Below, piece by piece: positions 35,807-45,900 of a stretch of DNA of 64,000 bases. A program made the position numbers and the translations under genes. Below the pieces are notes generated by a model. That model ran no database searches and had not been told where the DNA came from. It worked only from the letters and a program-made list of their open reading frames with translations. Position 1 is the stretch's first letter, and the number at the start of each line of letters is the position of its first letter. Source of the DNA: Andalucia godoyi And28 (Eukaryota; Protista; Jakobida); assembly GCA_009859145.1 (NCBI GenBank), contig VRVR01000002.1, positions 442,724 to 506,723 on the forward strand, in the 5' to 3' direction.

Positions 35807-38032
35807 CTAGTCGTCAATTTCGATTGGGCCGTCGGTGAACCGAGCACTGGTGTGTGCATTTGCGGAAACGATCGGTGACGGAAGCGGTGCATTGGGCTGG
35901 ACAGCATGAGGAGACGTCACTCGAATTTCTTTTGCAGGAGGAGCATCAAAGCCTTCCAAAATATCGTTCAGCCAGCTTGGATTTTCGTCACAGACATCGT
36001 GAAAATCAAACCCGAGAGTCAGTCCCAGAGAACCAGGGGTAGACGCAGAACCTTCTGGTCTCTCCCGCTTTGAAGGAGTACTCCGCTGAGAAGGCGCAGT
36101 TTCCGGTATAATGTTCCCGTCGCTGTCCACGAGCACATCTCGAGCATTTGGTGATATTTGCTTCAAAATCCGTTCAAAATTCGTGTCGTATCGGATGTCA
36201 TGAAAATGGACCGCCTGCTTGCAAATCGGGCATTCGTAGACACCTGTATTTTGACCGTTCAACAAGAACCACTTCGCGTCGAAACAAGCCTTGTGCGCGC
36301 AATCAATGCCTCTAGCGGGACGCTCGATGCGCGAAGAAGACAGCGGATCCGTTGTTGGAATCTTCCAGGAAACCACCTCGATGTCCGAATCCGAGTCGTC
36401 GTCATTCGGAGTGGTGGGCTTCCGGGACGGCGGTATGCGGTCCGTCGCAACATTGCTGGACGGCTTCGAATCGCGCCTCTGCTGCTGCGCAGCGGGAAAA
36501 TTGTGTTGCGGGATTTTGGAAAGAAGAACCTCAATCGGAAGTAATTTCACAACCCGAATAACGAAAATGCAATTGTGGATCAGGCTCATCTGGTCACGTA
36601 CGCTCAGCACTGAGCGAAACGAAAAAGAGACCTGGTTCTTCCCCGCGACTAGCATGCCCTTGTTCAGCTCAAGTGTTGGAGTTGTACACTTGGTGCGGAA
36701 AGTTTCTTGCTGGGCCTTTTTAGATTGAAACATTACCAATGGCTGCTCCTGCAGCGGTAATGGCCACACCGTGTTGTTGATTGTCAGAATTGGGAACTCT
36801 CTAAAATCCAGCCCGGAAAATAATATCTGCGGACCGGCTCGAAACGCGTGCACACTGACAACTACTTGGAATCCAGCATTCCCTCGTACTTCTTCCAGCT
36901 CAGTGCTCGTCAACTCAAAGGACAAGGTAGCCGTCGACGACGGTCGTGGCGGATGTGATGATAGAGAAGCATGTGCAAACTCCGCTCGAGCAATCTGCAC
37001 AACACGTTCCGTCTGATGAAACGGAGTGAAATTCTTTGTTAATTCTGGATACGCACATATACTGGAAGGATCAGAAATCAACGACTGGATCGCGGCAGAT
37101 ACCGGTAAATTGACTCTGGGCAGGGAGCCAGACGTAGACGCAGACGTAGACGCAGACGCAGACGGGGGTGCGGCAACTGTGGCGGGACGGCTTGTGGTAG
37201 AAGAAGAAGCCCGATGCCCCGTGGGCACCAAAGATGCAGGAGTACGCGATATGGAACTTGGAGGAGCATGTGGGGCCGACATTCCACGATTTGGCATCAG
37301 ATTCCAATATGGCAGCGTGCGCGAACTCGCGGAATCTGCGGCGATGCTTGTGGACGATGGTATGACATATGAAGACTGCGGTTGCGATCTCGTGGGGTTC
37401 GTAGGGGTGGATGAGAAAGAAAGGGTTGTGCCCGAAGTGTCCGGAGTGCTCGGAGTACTCGAGACGAGCCTGCGCCCAATAAATTGTGGAGTTGAGATGG
37501 ACCGACTTGAAAGCGCAATGTCCATCAATGCAGATCCCAGTGGCGGCGGCGACGACGACGAAGAGCCCCTCAGCGTACCAACTGCGCTCGTAGCAGCAGC
37601 AGCAGGGGTCGTAGTTGCGGGTGGCGGTAAAACGGCGCCCGACTCCGATCGTACATTGCGGAGTAAAGGATGGACAAGCAGTTTTGCAATCACTGGAGGG
37701 TCCAGACTGGTGGACTCCGGGTACATTGCAGCATATGCATTCCTTGCAAAACACCATAGCGGATCTTCCACAAACATTACATTGGAGATATCACTCAATA
37801 TCAGATCCTTCTTTGCATACGTGGAATGTTCGAAGCGCCAGCCGGTGCAAAATTGCACATACGCTCGAATTACCTTTAGCGATTCCAATCTAATCGTAGA
37901 ATCGATCCTGTTTAAGTACATTGCCCGAAGTGCTTCTGCAAGCTTTTCTTCGGAAATCGGGTGGTGATACATGCGCGCCGCATAGAACAAGAAATCAGAG
38001 CCTGAGAACCGACACGAAACGACATTGCTCAT
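35807..38032 (-). CDS. SP-RING (MIZ) zinc-finger protein, SIZ/PIAS-type SUMO E3 ligase
   Basis: DPLSSSRIERPARGIDCAHKACFDAKWFL...YECPIC is an SP-RING, preceded by a PINIT-like beta region and a Ser/Pro-rich linker, and followed by SIM-like acidic motifs (SDSDIEVVS, PIEIDD). Start at ATG 38032 (741 aa) or 37972. Confidence 0.88.
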   Translation of the reverse strand: MSNVVSCRFSGSDFLFYAARMYHHPISEEKLAEALRAMYLNRIDSTIRLESLKVIRAYVQFCTGWRFEHSTYAKKDLILSDISNVMFVEDPLWCFARNAYAAMYPESTSLDPPVIAKLLVHPLLRNVRSESGAVLPPPATTTPAAAATSAVGTLRGSSSSSPPPLGSALMDIALSSRSISTPQFIGRRLVSSTPSTPDTSGTTLSFSSTPTNPTRSQPQSSYVIPSSTSIAADSASSRTLPYWNLMPNRGMSAPHAPPSSISRTPASLVPTGHRASSSTTSRPATVAAPPSASASTSASTSGSLPRVNLPVSAAIQSLISDPSSICAYPELTKNFTPFHQTERVVQIARAEFAHASLSSHPPRPSSTATLSFELTSTELEEVRGNAGFQVVVSVHAFRAGPQILFSGLDFREFPILTINNTVWPLPLQEQPLVMFQSKKAQQETFRTKCTTPTLELNKGMLVAGKNQVSFSFRSVLSVRDQMSLIHNCIFVIRVVKLLPIEVLLSKIPQHNFPAAQQQRRDSKPSSNVATDRIPPSRKPTTPNDDDSDSDIEVVSWKIPTTDPLSSSRIERPARGIDCAHKACFDAKWFLLNGQNTGVYECPICKQAVHFHDIRYDTNFERILKQISPNARDVLVDSDGNIIPETAPSQRSTPSKRERPEGSASTPGSLGLTLGFDFHDVCDENPSWLNDILEGFDAPPAKEIRVTSPHAVQPNAPLPSPIVSANAHTSARFTDGPIEIDD

Positions 38033-38068
38033 TCCACAACACTTCCCAAAATGCACCAAAGCACGCAG

Positions 38069-38089
38069 ACACACACACACACACACACA

Positions 38090-38121
<32 letters not shown>

Positions 38122-38150
38122 ATCTATCTATCTATCTATCTCTCTCTCTC
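38069..38150. repeat. Compound (AC)n(TC)n(TATC)n microsatellite upstream of the SP-RING gene
   Basis: Read directly. It lies in the divergent intergenic region between the SP-RING gene and Mis18. Confidence 0.9.
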
Positions 38151-38421
38151 TTTCCAACTCTCTTTCTATCTCAAGCAAAAGCAAAAACCATAATGATATC
38201 CAATCTTTCTTCTAAAAAAAATTGATAAAATCGTGTTTTCCGGACTACAGATTAAAAGGCATTTGAGGGGGAATTGAGTTGCCTCATGTTTGTGATTCCC
38301 TATCTTTTGAGTTTATTTTATGTTTTTCTTGGAGAATTTTGAGTTTTGCTTTTCGTGGTGTGCTGCGCTCGCTGGTTTCTTCTTCTTTTCTTTTGTTTGT
38401 TTGTTGTGTCGGGCATTGTTG

Positions 38422-39045
38422 ATGGAGAGCAGCATGGCCGATGAGACGATTGCGAATCCGCTTGTTTTCCAGTGTGAAAAGTGTCGCGTGATACTAGGAG
38501 ATACATTTTCACTTGTGACTGCGGACGGTGAGATGCAGATGGTGTGTCTGGAGCTTGCATCTCCACATGTAGTTGTGGACAAGGATGCGTTTCTCGTGAG
38601 TCCTGCATCGGCTCGTGATGCTGGATCGACGTTTCATATTCTAAAGTGTGCGAGTTGCAAGGCTGTGCTTGGGAGGCAGTATAAGACTACAGATGCAGCA
38701 ATGGATCCGTGGAGGGGGAAGTTTGCGCTGTCCACGAAGAGCATAAGCTCGTATCAGCTTGGGAAGGGCTCACAAGGCATTGATCAGCTGTTCTCGACGT
38801 ACCACAGCCTGTCGCGGGTCTCGGAGGATTTGCTAAAAGTGCAGCAAATGCTCATTTTGTTCAGTGAACGCATCCAGGCGCTCGAACAGGCAGCTGCAGT
38901 TGTGCCATCGTCGTCGAGTGCGACAGGCAAGACTGGGCCTGGAGGGTCATCATCGTTAGTAGAACATTCCGAATTCAAACGCAACGCTCCGGATGATTTT
39001 GCCTATCAGGACAGTCAACCTGCATTGAAGAAAAAGAAGAGATAG
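38422..39045 (+). CDS. MIS18: Mis18 (Yippee/Mis18 fold) centromere-licensing protein
   Basis: PLVFQCEKCRVILGDT...FHILKCASCKAVLGRQY...RGKFAL...ISSYQLG (two CxxC) followed by a coiled-coil (EDLLKVQQMLILFSERIQALE) typical of Mis18, and a basic NLS-like end. 207 aa from ATG 38422. Confidence 0.85.
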   Translation: MESSMADETIANPLVFQCEKCRVILGDTFSLVTADGEMQMVCLELASPHVVVDKDAFLVSPASARDAGSTFHILKCASCKAVLGRQYKTTDAAMDPWRGKFALSTKSISSYQLGKGSQGIDQLFSTYHSLSRVSEDLLKVQQMLILFSERIQALEQAAAVVPSSSSATGKTGPGGSSSLVEHSEFKRNAPDDFAYQDSQPALKKKKR

Positions 39046-39255
39046 CGTACCAATCCACGAGGGAGGGCGCGTTTCTTTCCTCCGGGAGCTGTAGAAAATG
39101 TAAAATACTGTACTGTCTCTTTTGTATTGCGAGTCCTTAATTCAGAACGCGGGGACATTGACTGTACAGAAAAGCGGGGAGGGGGGTGGGAACAACAGCA
39201 AATCAACTGGAACAAGACCTAGACGTTCCTCTGCTCAAGCAGAAACTGAGAGTAA

Positions 39256-42075
39256 TCATTCACCGTGGGCCGGATCGTGCATAAAGCGATCATCCGCCGC
39301 ACCACCAACATCAAGGAAGTTCTCGTGACGCTTCCGAATCGATGGCGAAATGGAGTGCAGATCGCTGAATGTCTGGCTCTTGGCAAGAAATGGCGAAGGA
39401 GAAGGAGAAGGAGAAGGAGAAGGAGAAGGAGAAGGGGACCGCGACGGTGGCCGCGAGACGAAAGCTTTTGCAGAGGAAGAAGCTGTGCCAACATCTCCTT
39501 CATTAAAGTCTGCCGAATCAAACAGCAGCAAAGGAGGAATATCCTTGGAGGATAAAGAACTGTCAATTTTTCGGACATTGGCATCCGCACGATCATCTCC
39601 ATGGACCTGGCGGGGGTCAGAGGACGGAGTGCGAGGTGGAGTGGTAAGGTCCTCATCGTGAACAAATGGCGAATGGTCCTTATCAGATGCATTTGAAGAC
39701 AGTGCCGGCGAGCGCATAACAAACGGGGAATCGCCAATTCCGGACCCCGACCGCCTTCGGCGGACATATTGCGAGCCTCCACAACCAACAATCAACACTA
39801 CCAGCAAGACCACCGATAAGCCAACTGCCCCATCAGTGGTCAAACAACGATCGATGAGCGTGATTAACCTCGCTGCTCGCTCCCACTTCTTTTCAAGGGC
39901 CTGTGTTTCGTTCAACATGAGCGCAAATCGCTCAAAAACCCGTGCTTCGACTGTTGCAAGTCGCTTTTCTGTCTTGTCGTCGATTTCCATTTGAATTTCG
40001 GCCAGATGGTGTGCGAGATGAACCATGTGACGAGCAAGAGCATCTTGTTCGTCGTCAAACCTGTCCACCGACTGCTTGAAAAACCACTGATTGGACTCCA
40101 GTCGATTAATCTTGGTTAACATCACCCGGAAGATGTTCTCTTGGTCGGAACCTCCACGACGCGTGTTCTGTGTTGGATCATTGTCAACGACAGGAACGAT
40201 GGAAGGATCTCGCCACGCAAAGTGCTCACCAGAAGGGCGTGAAGGCATGGTCGCATCCACAGCCTTGTCGATAAACTTTGAAGCGCTTGTGGAATGTTGC
40301 TGCGATAGAATGAATTCCTTCGGATCCGTGGTCTGGATGTCCGCACTGTCGGGAGACACACCACGCTTGAGGTCTTCAAGGAGCGAGGTTCCAAAAACCT
40401 GCAACTCGGAAATCGTGCAAAAATGAGACTTGTGACGACTGTGATGCGACAGGAACAAAATGCGCAAGTATCGCACGTAGGACGGCTTGAAGAGATCGTA
40501 AACAAACGTGGATCGAGAAGGTTCAACAAGAGGTGCCTCGAATCGTCCGAGTTCCAGCCAGTAGCAACTGGGAGGCTTACACGGATATTTGGTCGATCCC
40601 AGCACTGCAAACCGACGCACACTGCCAGCGTAGTACTCGTAGTTGGCGATCCCAAAAGATTCCATCAAAATTTCTTCTGGCAACTCGACATTCATCCAAA
40701 TCCGAGATTCTGTACATGGAACTCTCCAGTACTTGTCCTCATTGTTATTCAGGACCTGATGAGCGCCTTTGCTGTTCGGTGTGGAGTCGAGAATTTTTGC
40801 TCCAACAAGAAAAGATGCATAGTTGAACTTGTGGTGCGGAAATTTGAAGGCAACCGGAAATTCAAACGGAACGGGCTCAACGGTTGTCGAGTTCTCGCGA
40901 GAAGGTACATCTACAGAGACGGTCACCTCTTTCGCTTCCGATGCCGTACTTGGCGCAGCTTCCGTCCTGTCCTCCGCAGCGGGACCTCGGTTGGGCACAG
41001 CAGAAGCTGCTTCTGCTACAACAGGTTCCAAAGGCGCTTGCTCGAGTTCTTTCGACTCGGCCGGTTGAACGTCGTCCACAAATACATCATCCAACGAAGG
41101 CGAAGACGATGATGCAAACGTCACGTTGGCGCACAAAGGTTCTTGAACATCGGGGCTGGATGCCGGCATGTTGGAGGACGCAGGATGTGTGTGGGCGTCG
41201 TTGGAAGAGCCCTCCTGCGAGTCTCCCGTCTGCGTCTTGTTGTTCTCCTGCTTCTCAATAGACAGAAAAACATCCGTGGAATTGTCCAAGTCGGTAATGA
41301 TCTCTAGAACCGCGTCTGGCGAAACAGAAATCACAGCTTCTTGAGGAAATTCGACGTGTCGTAAATCCTCGAGCGTGGGTACCGAGTCTGCCATTCCAAC
41401 GACGCCGTCCACTTCCGAAAGCCTTCCTGCGTTGGCGCTCTCCACGGTCGCAACCGTCGGCATCGTCGCAGCCGTCGCCACATGATTGAGAGCGTCAGTG
41501 TTTCCATTTCCACTGGATTCTAATTGAATCATGCGGTCCTCCACGGGCGCGACGGGATGCTTCGATGATGTCTTCCATCCGCGCTCCGACGGCAAATCCT
41601 GCTGGAAACCACCGGAGATCGGATAGATCGTCGAGGAATACAAGTCGCGAAACGATGCAGGGTCTTGTCTTCCAACGTGCTTATTCTTGTCTGGTTTCCT
41701 GAGAACCTCCGAACCCGTCTTCCTCTCGCTTCTTACAACTCCTAGAGGATGCTTTTCAAGTGCAATCGCATAGAAGCCAGTGCTCGGACTGTCGCAGACG
41801 GACCTTCTGAACCCAAACTCGTCGAGAAACGACGGAACGGATTCAACTGCGCAGTGACCCGTCAGCAACTCTCTTTCTCGCTCTCGAAGCAGCCTCTCTG
41901 AAAACCGCGACTGATAATTCCCAAGCATTCCCTCTAGAACCTTGTCGGACAATTCCTGTCGTTTCTTGGTCGATTCATCCGCGGCAACGATGACAACAAC
42001 AACACCACCAAGAAGAGAAAGGCAATACAAAAGAACAGTAAACAACAGTATGTGATTCACACGTCTCATTCCCAT
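39256..42075 (-). CDS. Mid-SUN domain membrane protein (Slp1/SUCO/osteopotentia-like)
   Basis: FNYASFLVGAKILDS...VLNNNEDKYWRVPC...VELPEEILMESFGIANYEYY...LGSTKYP, then ENIFRVMLTKINRLESN coiled-coil and a C-terminal TM helix. An N-terminal hydrophobic segment is present. ATG at 42075 (track start is TTG) gives 939 aa. Confidence 0.9.
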   Translation of the reverse strand: MGMRRVNHILLFTVLLYCLSLLGGVVVVIVAADESTKKRQELSDKVLEGMLGNYQSRFSERLLRERERELLTGHCAVESVPSFLDEFGFRRSVCDSPSTGFYAIALEKHPLGVVRSERKTGSEVLRKPDKNKHVGRQDPASFRDLYSSTIYPISGGFQQDLPSERGWKTSSKHPVAPVEDRMIQLESSGNGNTDALNHVATAATMPTVATVESANAGRLSEVDGVVGMADSVPTLEDLRHVEFPQEAVISVSPDAVLEIITDLDNSTDVFLSIEKQENNKTQTGDSQEGSSNDAHTHPASSNMPASSPDVQEPLCANVTFASSSSPSLDDVFVDDVQPAESKELEQAPLEPVVAEAASAVPNRGPAAEDRTEAAPSTASEAKEVTVSVDVPSRENSTTVEPVPFEFPVAFKFPHHKFNYASFLVGAKILDSTPNSKGAHQVLNNNEDKYWRVPCTESRIWMNVELPEEILMESFGIANYEYYAGSVRRFAVLGSTKYPCKPPSCYWLELGRFEAPLVEPSRSTFVYDLFKPSYVRYLRILFLSHHSRHKSHFCTISELQVFGTSLLEDLKRGVSPDSADIQTTDPKEFILSQQHSTSASKFIDKAVDATMPSRPSGEHFAWRDPSIVPVVDNDPTQNTRRGGSDQENIFRVMLTKINRLESNQWFFKQSVDRFDDEQDALARHMVHLAHHLAEIQMEIDDKTEKRLATVEARVFERFALMLNETQALEKKWERAARLITLIDRCLTTDGAVGLSVVLLVVLIVGCGGSQYVRRRRSGSGIGDSPFVMRSPALSSNASDKDHSPFVHDEDLTTPPRTPSSDPRQVHGDDRADANVRKIDSSLSSKDIPPLLLFDSADFNEGDVGTASSSAKAFVSRPPSRSPSPSPSPSPSPSPSPFLAKSQTFSDLHSISPSIRKRHENFLDVGGAADDRFMHDPAHGE

Positions 42076-42352
42076 CGTGAGAAGAAGACCATTGGGAGAT
42101 GTTTTGTTCGGGTCTTTTGACGAGACTTGGGCGCTATGTGTGGTCGTCGTCGCAATTTTCAATGTGCCTGTTCGGATGCATTAAAAAGAGAGACGTCCTT
42201 CTTGGAAAAGAGGAGTGACGTGATGTGATGCTCGTGTTGGATCTCACTACGGCCGGCACTCAAAACAAAAATTCGAAAAGCCAAAGATTGTTTATATTAC
42301 TGTTGAATGAAGACCGACCTTTCCCCCCTGCAGATCGCTGCTACCGGTGGCG

Positions 42353-42416
42353 GCAGGTCGAGGCCCACTGAGAGACACTGTCGAATATTGACAACCGATT
42401 CCTTGTAATCGATGAT
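42353..42416. repeat. Dispersed ~65-bp non-coding element, copy 2
   Basis: GCAGGTCGAGGCCCACTGAGAGACACTGTCGAATATTGACAACCGATTCCTTGTAATCGATGAT, in the same orientation as copy 1 at 18208-18273. Confidence 0.95.
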
Positions 42417-42955
42417 TCCTCCGCCGCCGGGCCTCTCCCTCTCTGTGGCGCACACCATTGCCAATCAACAATCAATGCAACATCCGCTCGATTGAAAATA
42501 GAGAATGAAAGATCGAGAGAGAGAGAGAGAATGAACCAGTGGATGAAAAATGCGGAATGGCAATAAAAGAAGCTCGTTGAAATCCCTAGTTTTTTCCTGG
42601 TTCCCAAAGTCTAAACGGTTTCGAACGAATGCACTCATTGATCAATTCGAGAGCTCTGAACAGGAAAATAGGTTGTTTCTGTCTTGGGGTGCGCAGACCC
42701 ACAGATGTCACACTCAAAAGGGGAGTTCATTGAATGGGTGCTGCTGCGGATTATGAGAGTCGTTTTAATTCAAAATTTCCGGACGAGGCTGGAGCATGCG
42801 AGCCAAATTTTTGGAGAGGTTTGGGTTGGAGGGTAAAATACGTACGTTGGGTGACGTGTAGAGGTGGCTGCAGAGGGCGTGGATGGTGGGGCGCCTGCTG
42901 GAATGGAGAAGAGAGAAAGAAAGAGGAGGAAATGTGCAGACTGGAGAGCAGCGGT

Positions 42956-45900
42956 TTACAGAAGCGAGAACAAGAGCGTGGCAACGACGGCAGTCAAGAA
43001 CGAAAGCAATCCAAAGACACCCGCAGCGGACTCGGTGTTCGCTGGTTGCTGATTAACGTTGGCAATGCGAGCGACGGCATAGTAGTTTCCGACCGTTGAG
43101 ACCGAGCCGCAGTACTGGTTTCCGGACTGCGTGACCGTGATCTGGAGAGGCGTGCCGGGGTTTCCAGTGGTCGAGTCTGCCATCGCGAAGTCCTTGATGT
43201 AGTACGTTGCGGAATCGTACGTGATTGCGTTGTTGATGTCCACACACAGTGTGACGCTGCCAGTGAGAGACGTGTCCGACGTCAGACCCTGGGCGTTGGA
43301 CAGCACCACCGCGACCTTGTAGTTGTACGAGTTGGTGATGTACACGTTTGTGTCTGTGGCCAGCAGCTTGACATCAGTTGCCTTCTCCGCAGGCACGTTC
43401 TCCATGATGCTGTTGACGGCGTTCGATGCAGAGACGGATGACAACTGGATCTCCGTCATCGCAACATTGATCGAGAAGTTGCCCGCAACGTTCGTGCTGT
43501 CGAACACGATGTTTCCGCAGGAAGCTTGCGTTCCAGGATCGACTCTGCATTTCTTCTTCTCCAGCTTGACGATCGAGTTGAAGCACGATCGAGAGGCGGC
43601 TCCAGCGGTGCAGTCGCACGAGATGCGCTCAAAGATCTCAATCATCGGGAGGTACTTGGTGCGGGCAAAGTTCAGCAGCTTCCGACCTTCAATTCTTGCC
43701 ACTGCGTTCTGAATAGCGTCATCCACCTTTCCGTTGTCCAGCGTGTTTGTCCACTGATTCACAGAATCCCATCGACGGTCGGACCACGTTGTCGGCAAAA
43801 TGGAGCCTGCGGTCCACTTGCCATCCACCCATGTGTAGACCGGTCGTCGGGAGCGGCCGCATGCATTGCAGTTTGTCGAGTCATAGTCGTTCCACTCGAA
43901 GGGCTTGTTGTCGTCCACACAGCGAGAGCCATGTGCATCGCACTCCGCCTTGGACGTCGCACGAGTGTGCCAGACGCCTCCCCTTGCCGTGCAGACGGAA
44001 GAATTGGAGACATCACTGTCCACGCAGCCCACACGAGACCACTGTCCAGTACAGGGCTTCGGGAAACCGTTCGAGTCGATCTCGAACTTCTTGACGCAGG
44101 CACCGTTTTTGCAGCCGTCTGGTCCGCAGCGCTGGAATTCGTAGTCATCACACATGCCGGTGGCCGTGCACGACGCTTGATCCGGACACCATGCATAGTC
44201 ATTCCAGTTGCACTGAAGTTCGGACTGCATGGTTCCGGTAGAGCACGTTGCCTGGGTCCGGCCACCACAGGTGTGGAACTGGAGAGGGGCTACGCACGAT
44301 GCGGCATCCTGAAGATCCGTACGAACACACTTCTGCGTGTTTTGGTTCCAGCGGGCAGCATTGTTGATCTGCGAGCACGCAGATGCATTCGCAACGGAGT
44401 TGTCGACGCACATGGTCTGAACGCCTCCTCGAGACTCGCAGCGGCGGCAGGCAACTGTGCACTCGCGCGCTGCATTGCATGCGGTCGAGTTGCCGCCGTT
44501 CTGGCGGACGGAGAAGATGGAGCACACTCCCGCCGAGCAGTCCGAGTTTGTGTCGTATCTTCCGGGAGTAAACACCTTTCCGGGCCAGAATACGGGTGAG
44601 TTGGTTTGCTGGAGGCACTGGGTTCTACCCTGGGGCTGCGAACCCGGTCCGTAGACACACGATGATGTCCTAAAGTCCCAGAAGGAGTTTCCGTATTGGA
44701 AGCAATCATTCATCGTGGAGATGTTTGTCAGGATGCAGCGAGTAAACGAGCAAGAAAAGTCCATCCCATTCGCCTGCGCATTGCTGCCGCAGATGGCGGA
44801 AGGCGTACACTGACTGACATTCTTTGCACTCTTGTCAATGCACATCCGGTTTCCGAGAGTTTCCATCCAGTAGAAGCCAGCACCCTCACACGAGGTCTTG
44901 TCCTGGATTCCCGTGACTTGGCATCGTGCGAACTGCGAAACCTCCATGCACTGACCCCCGTAGCAAAGTCCGCAGAATTTCTGGTTGTCGGTACCGTTCA
45001 CGCAATTCGAAGGGGTCATGGAATTGTCCCACGGACTCCAGTTGCACTTCTTCTCTGACAAGCAGCCGGCTTGGTTCCCCGGAACGACCACGGGCATGTA
45101 GCGTCCGTCCGAATCCTTCTCGAAGGACATTGTTGACCGGTACGTGACATGCACACCCGATGCATTGGTGTAGTCCGCCATAGGTCCGACGCAGTCCAGC
45201 GACATGAGCCGTGCTCGGAAGGCAGCTGCAAAGGCGTCGGCTTGCTCAGTCTGCGAAGCATACTTGGACTGAAGAGCCCATTTGTTGGCCAGCTCATATC
45301 GCAGATCCGGGTCCATGTTATCCAAGAAGCATTTCACGATGATGTCGGATTCCGCAGAGGATCCCCACGGAACAACACAGCGGTTCGTCTGGGTATCGCA
45401 GCGCTTGGAATACGTGCAGTCGGAGTCCGTCTGGCATACCTTGTCGTAGATCTGCTTCTGGCAAGTGGACCGGAACGAAGTGTACTGGTCAAAGACGTCC
45501 TTGGAATTGCTGTTGGTTTGCGATTTCCGGTCCGCTTCTGCCTGATCCTGAAGTGCAGCAATAAAGTCGCGCAGAATCGGGGTGATCTTGGCTGGAGTCG
45601 AGCATTTTGCTGCGATCTGCGACGAAACGACGTTGTCGACCGAAGTGACGGAAAGGGTCATTGCGGTCGGCACACAGCACTGCGAGTAGCGGAGCGTTGC
45701 ATTGCAGCACGGAGACTGCGCAAACTGCAGCGAATCAGGAGGGAACGTGCAGTCCGTGGAAGGAGGCAGGGTCACTGTCTTCGAAGACGTGGTCAAGAAG
45801 GAGCCGACCAGTCCTTTGCAGCCGTCCATCGACGACAAGGTGTCCAGTGAAGTGAGCAGAAAGCGGATCTGGTCCAGTGCCTGGCGGCCGCCAATGTTGG

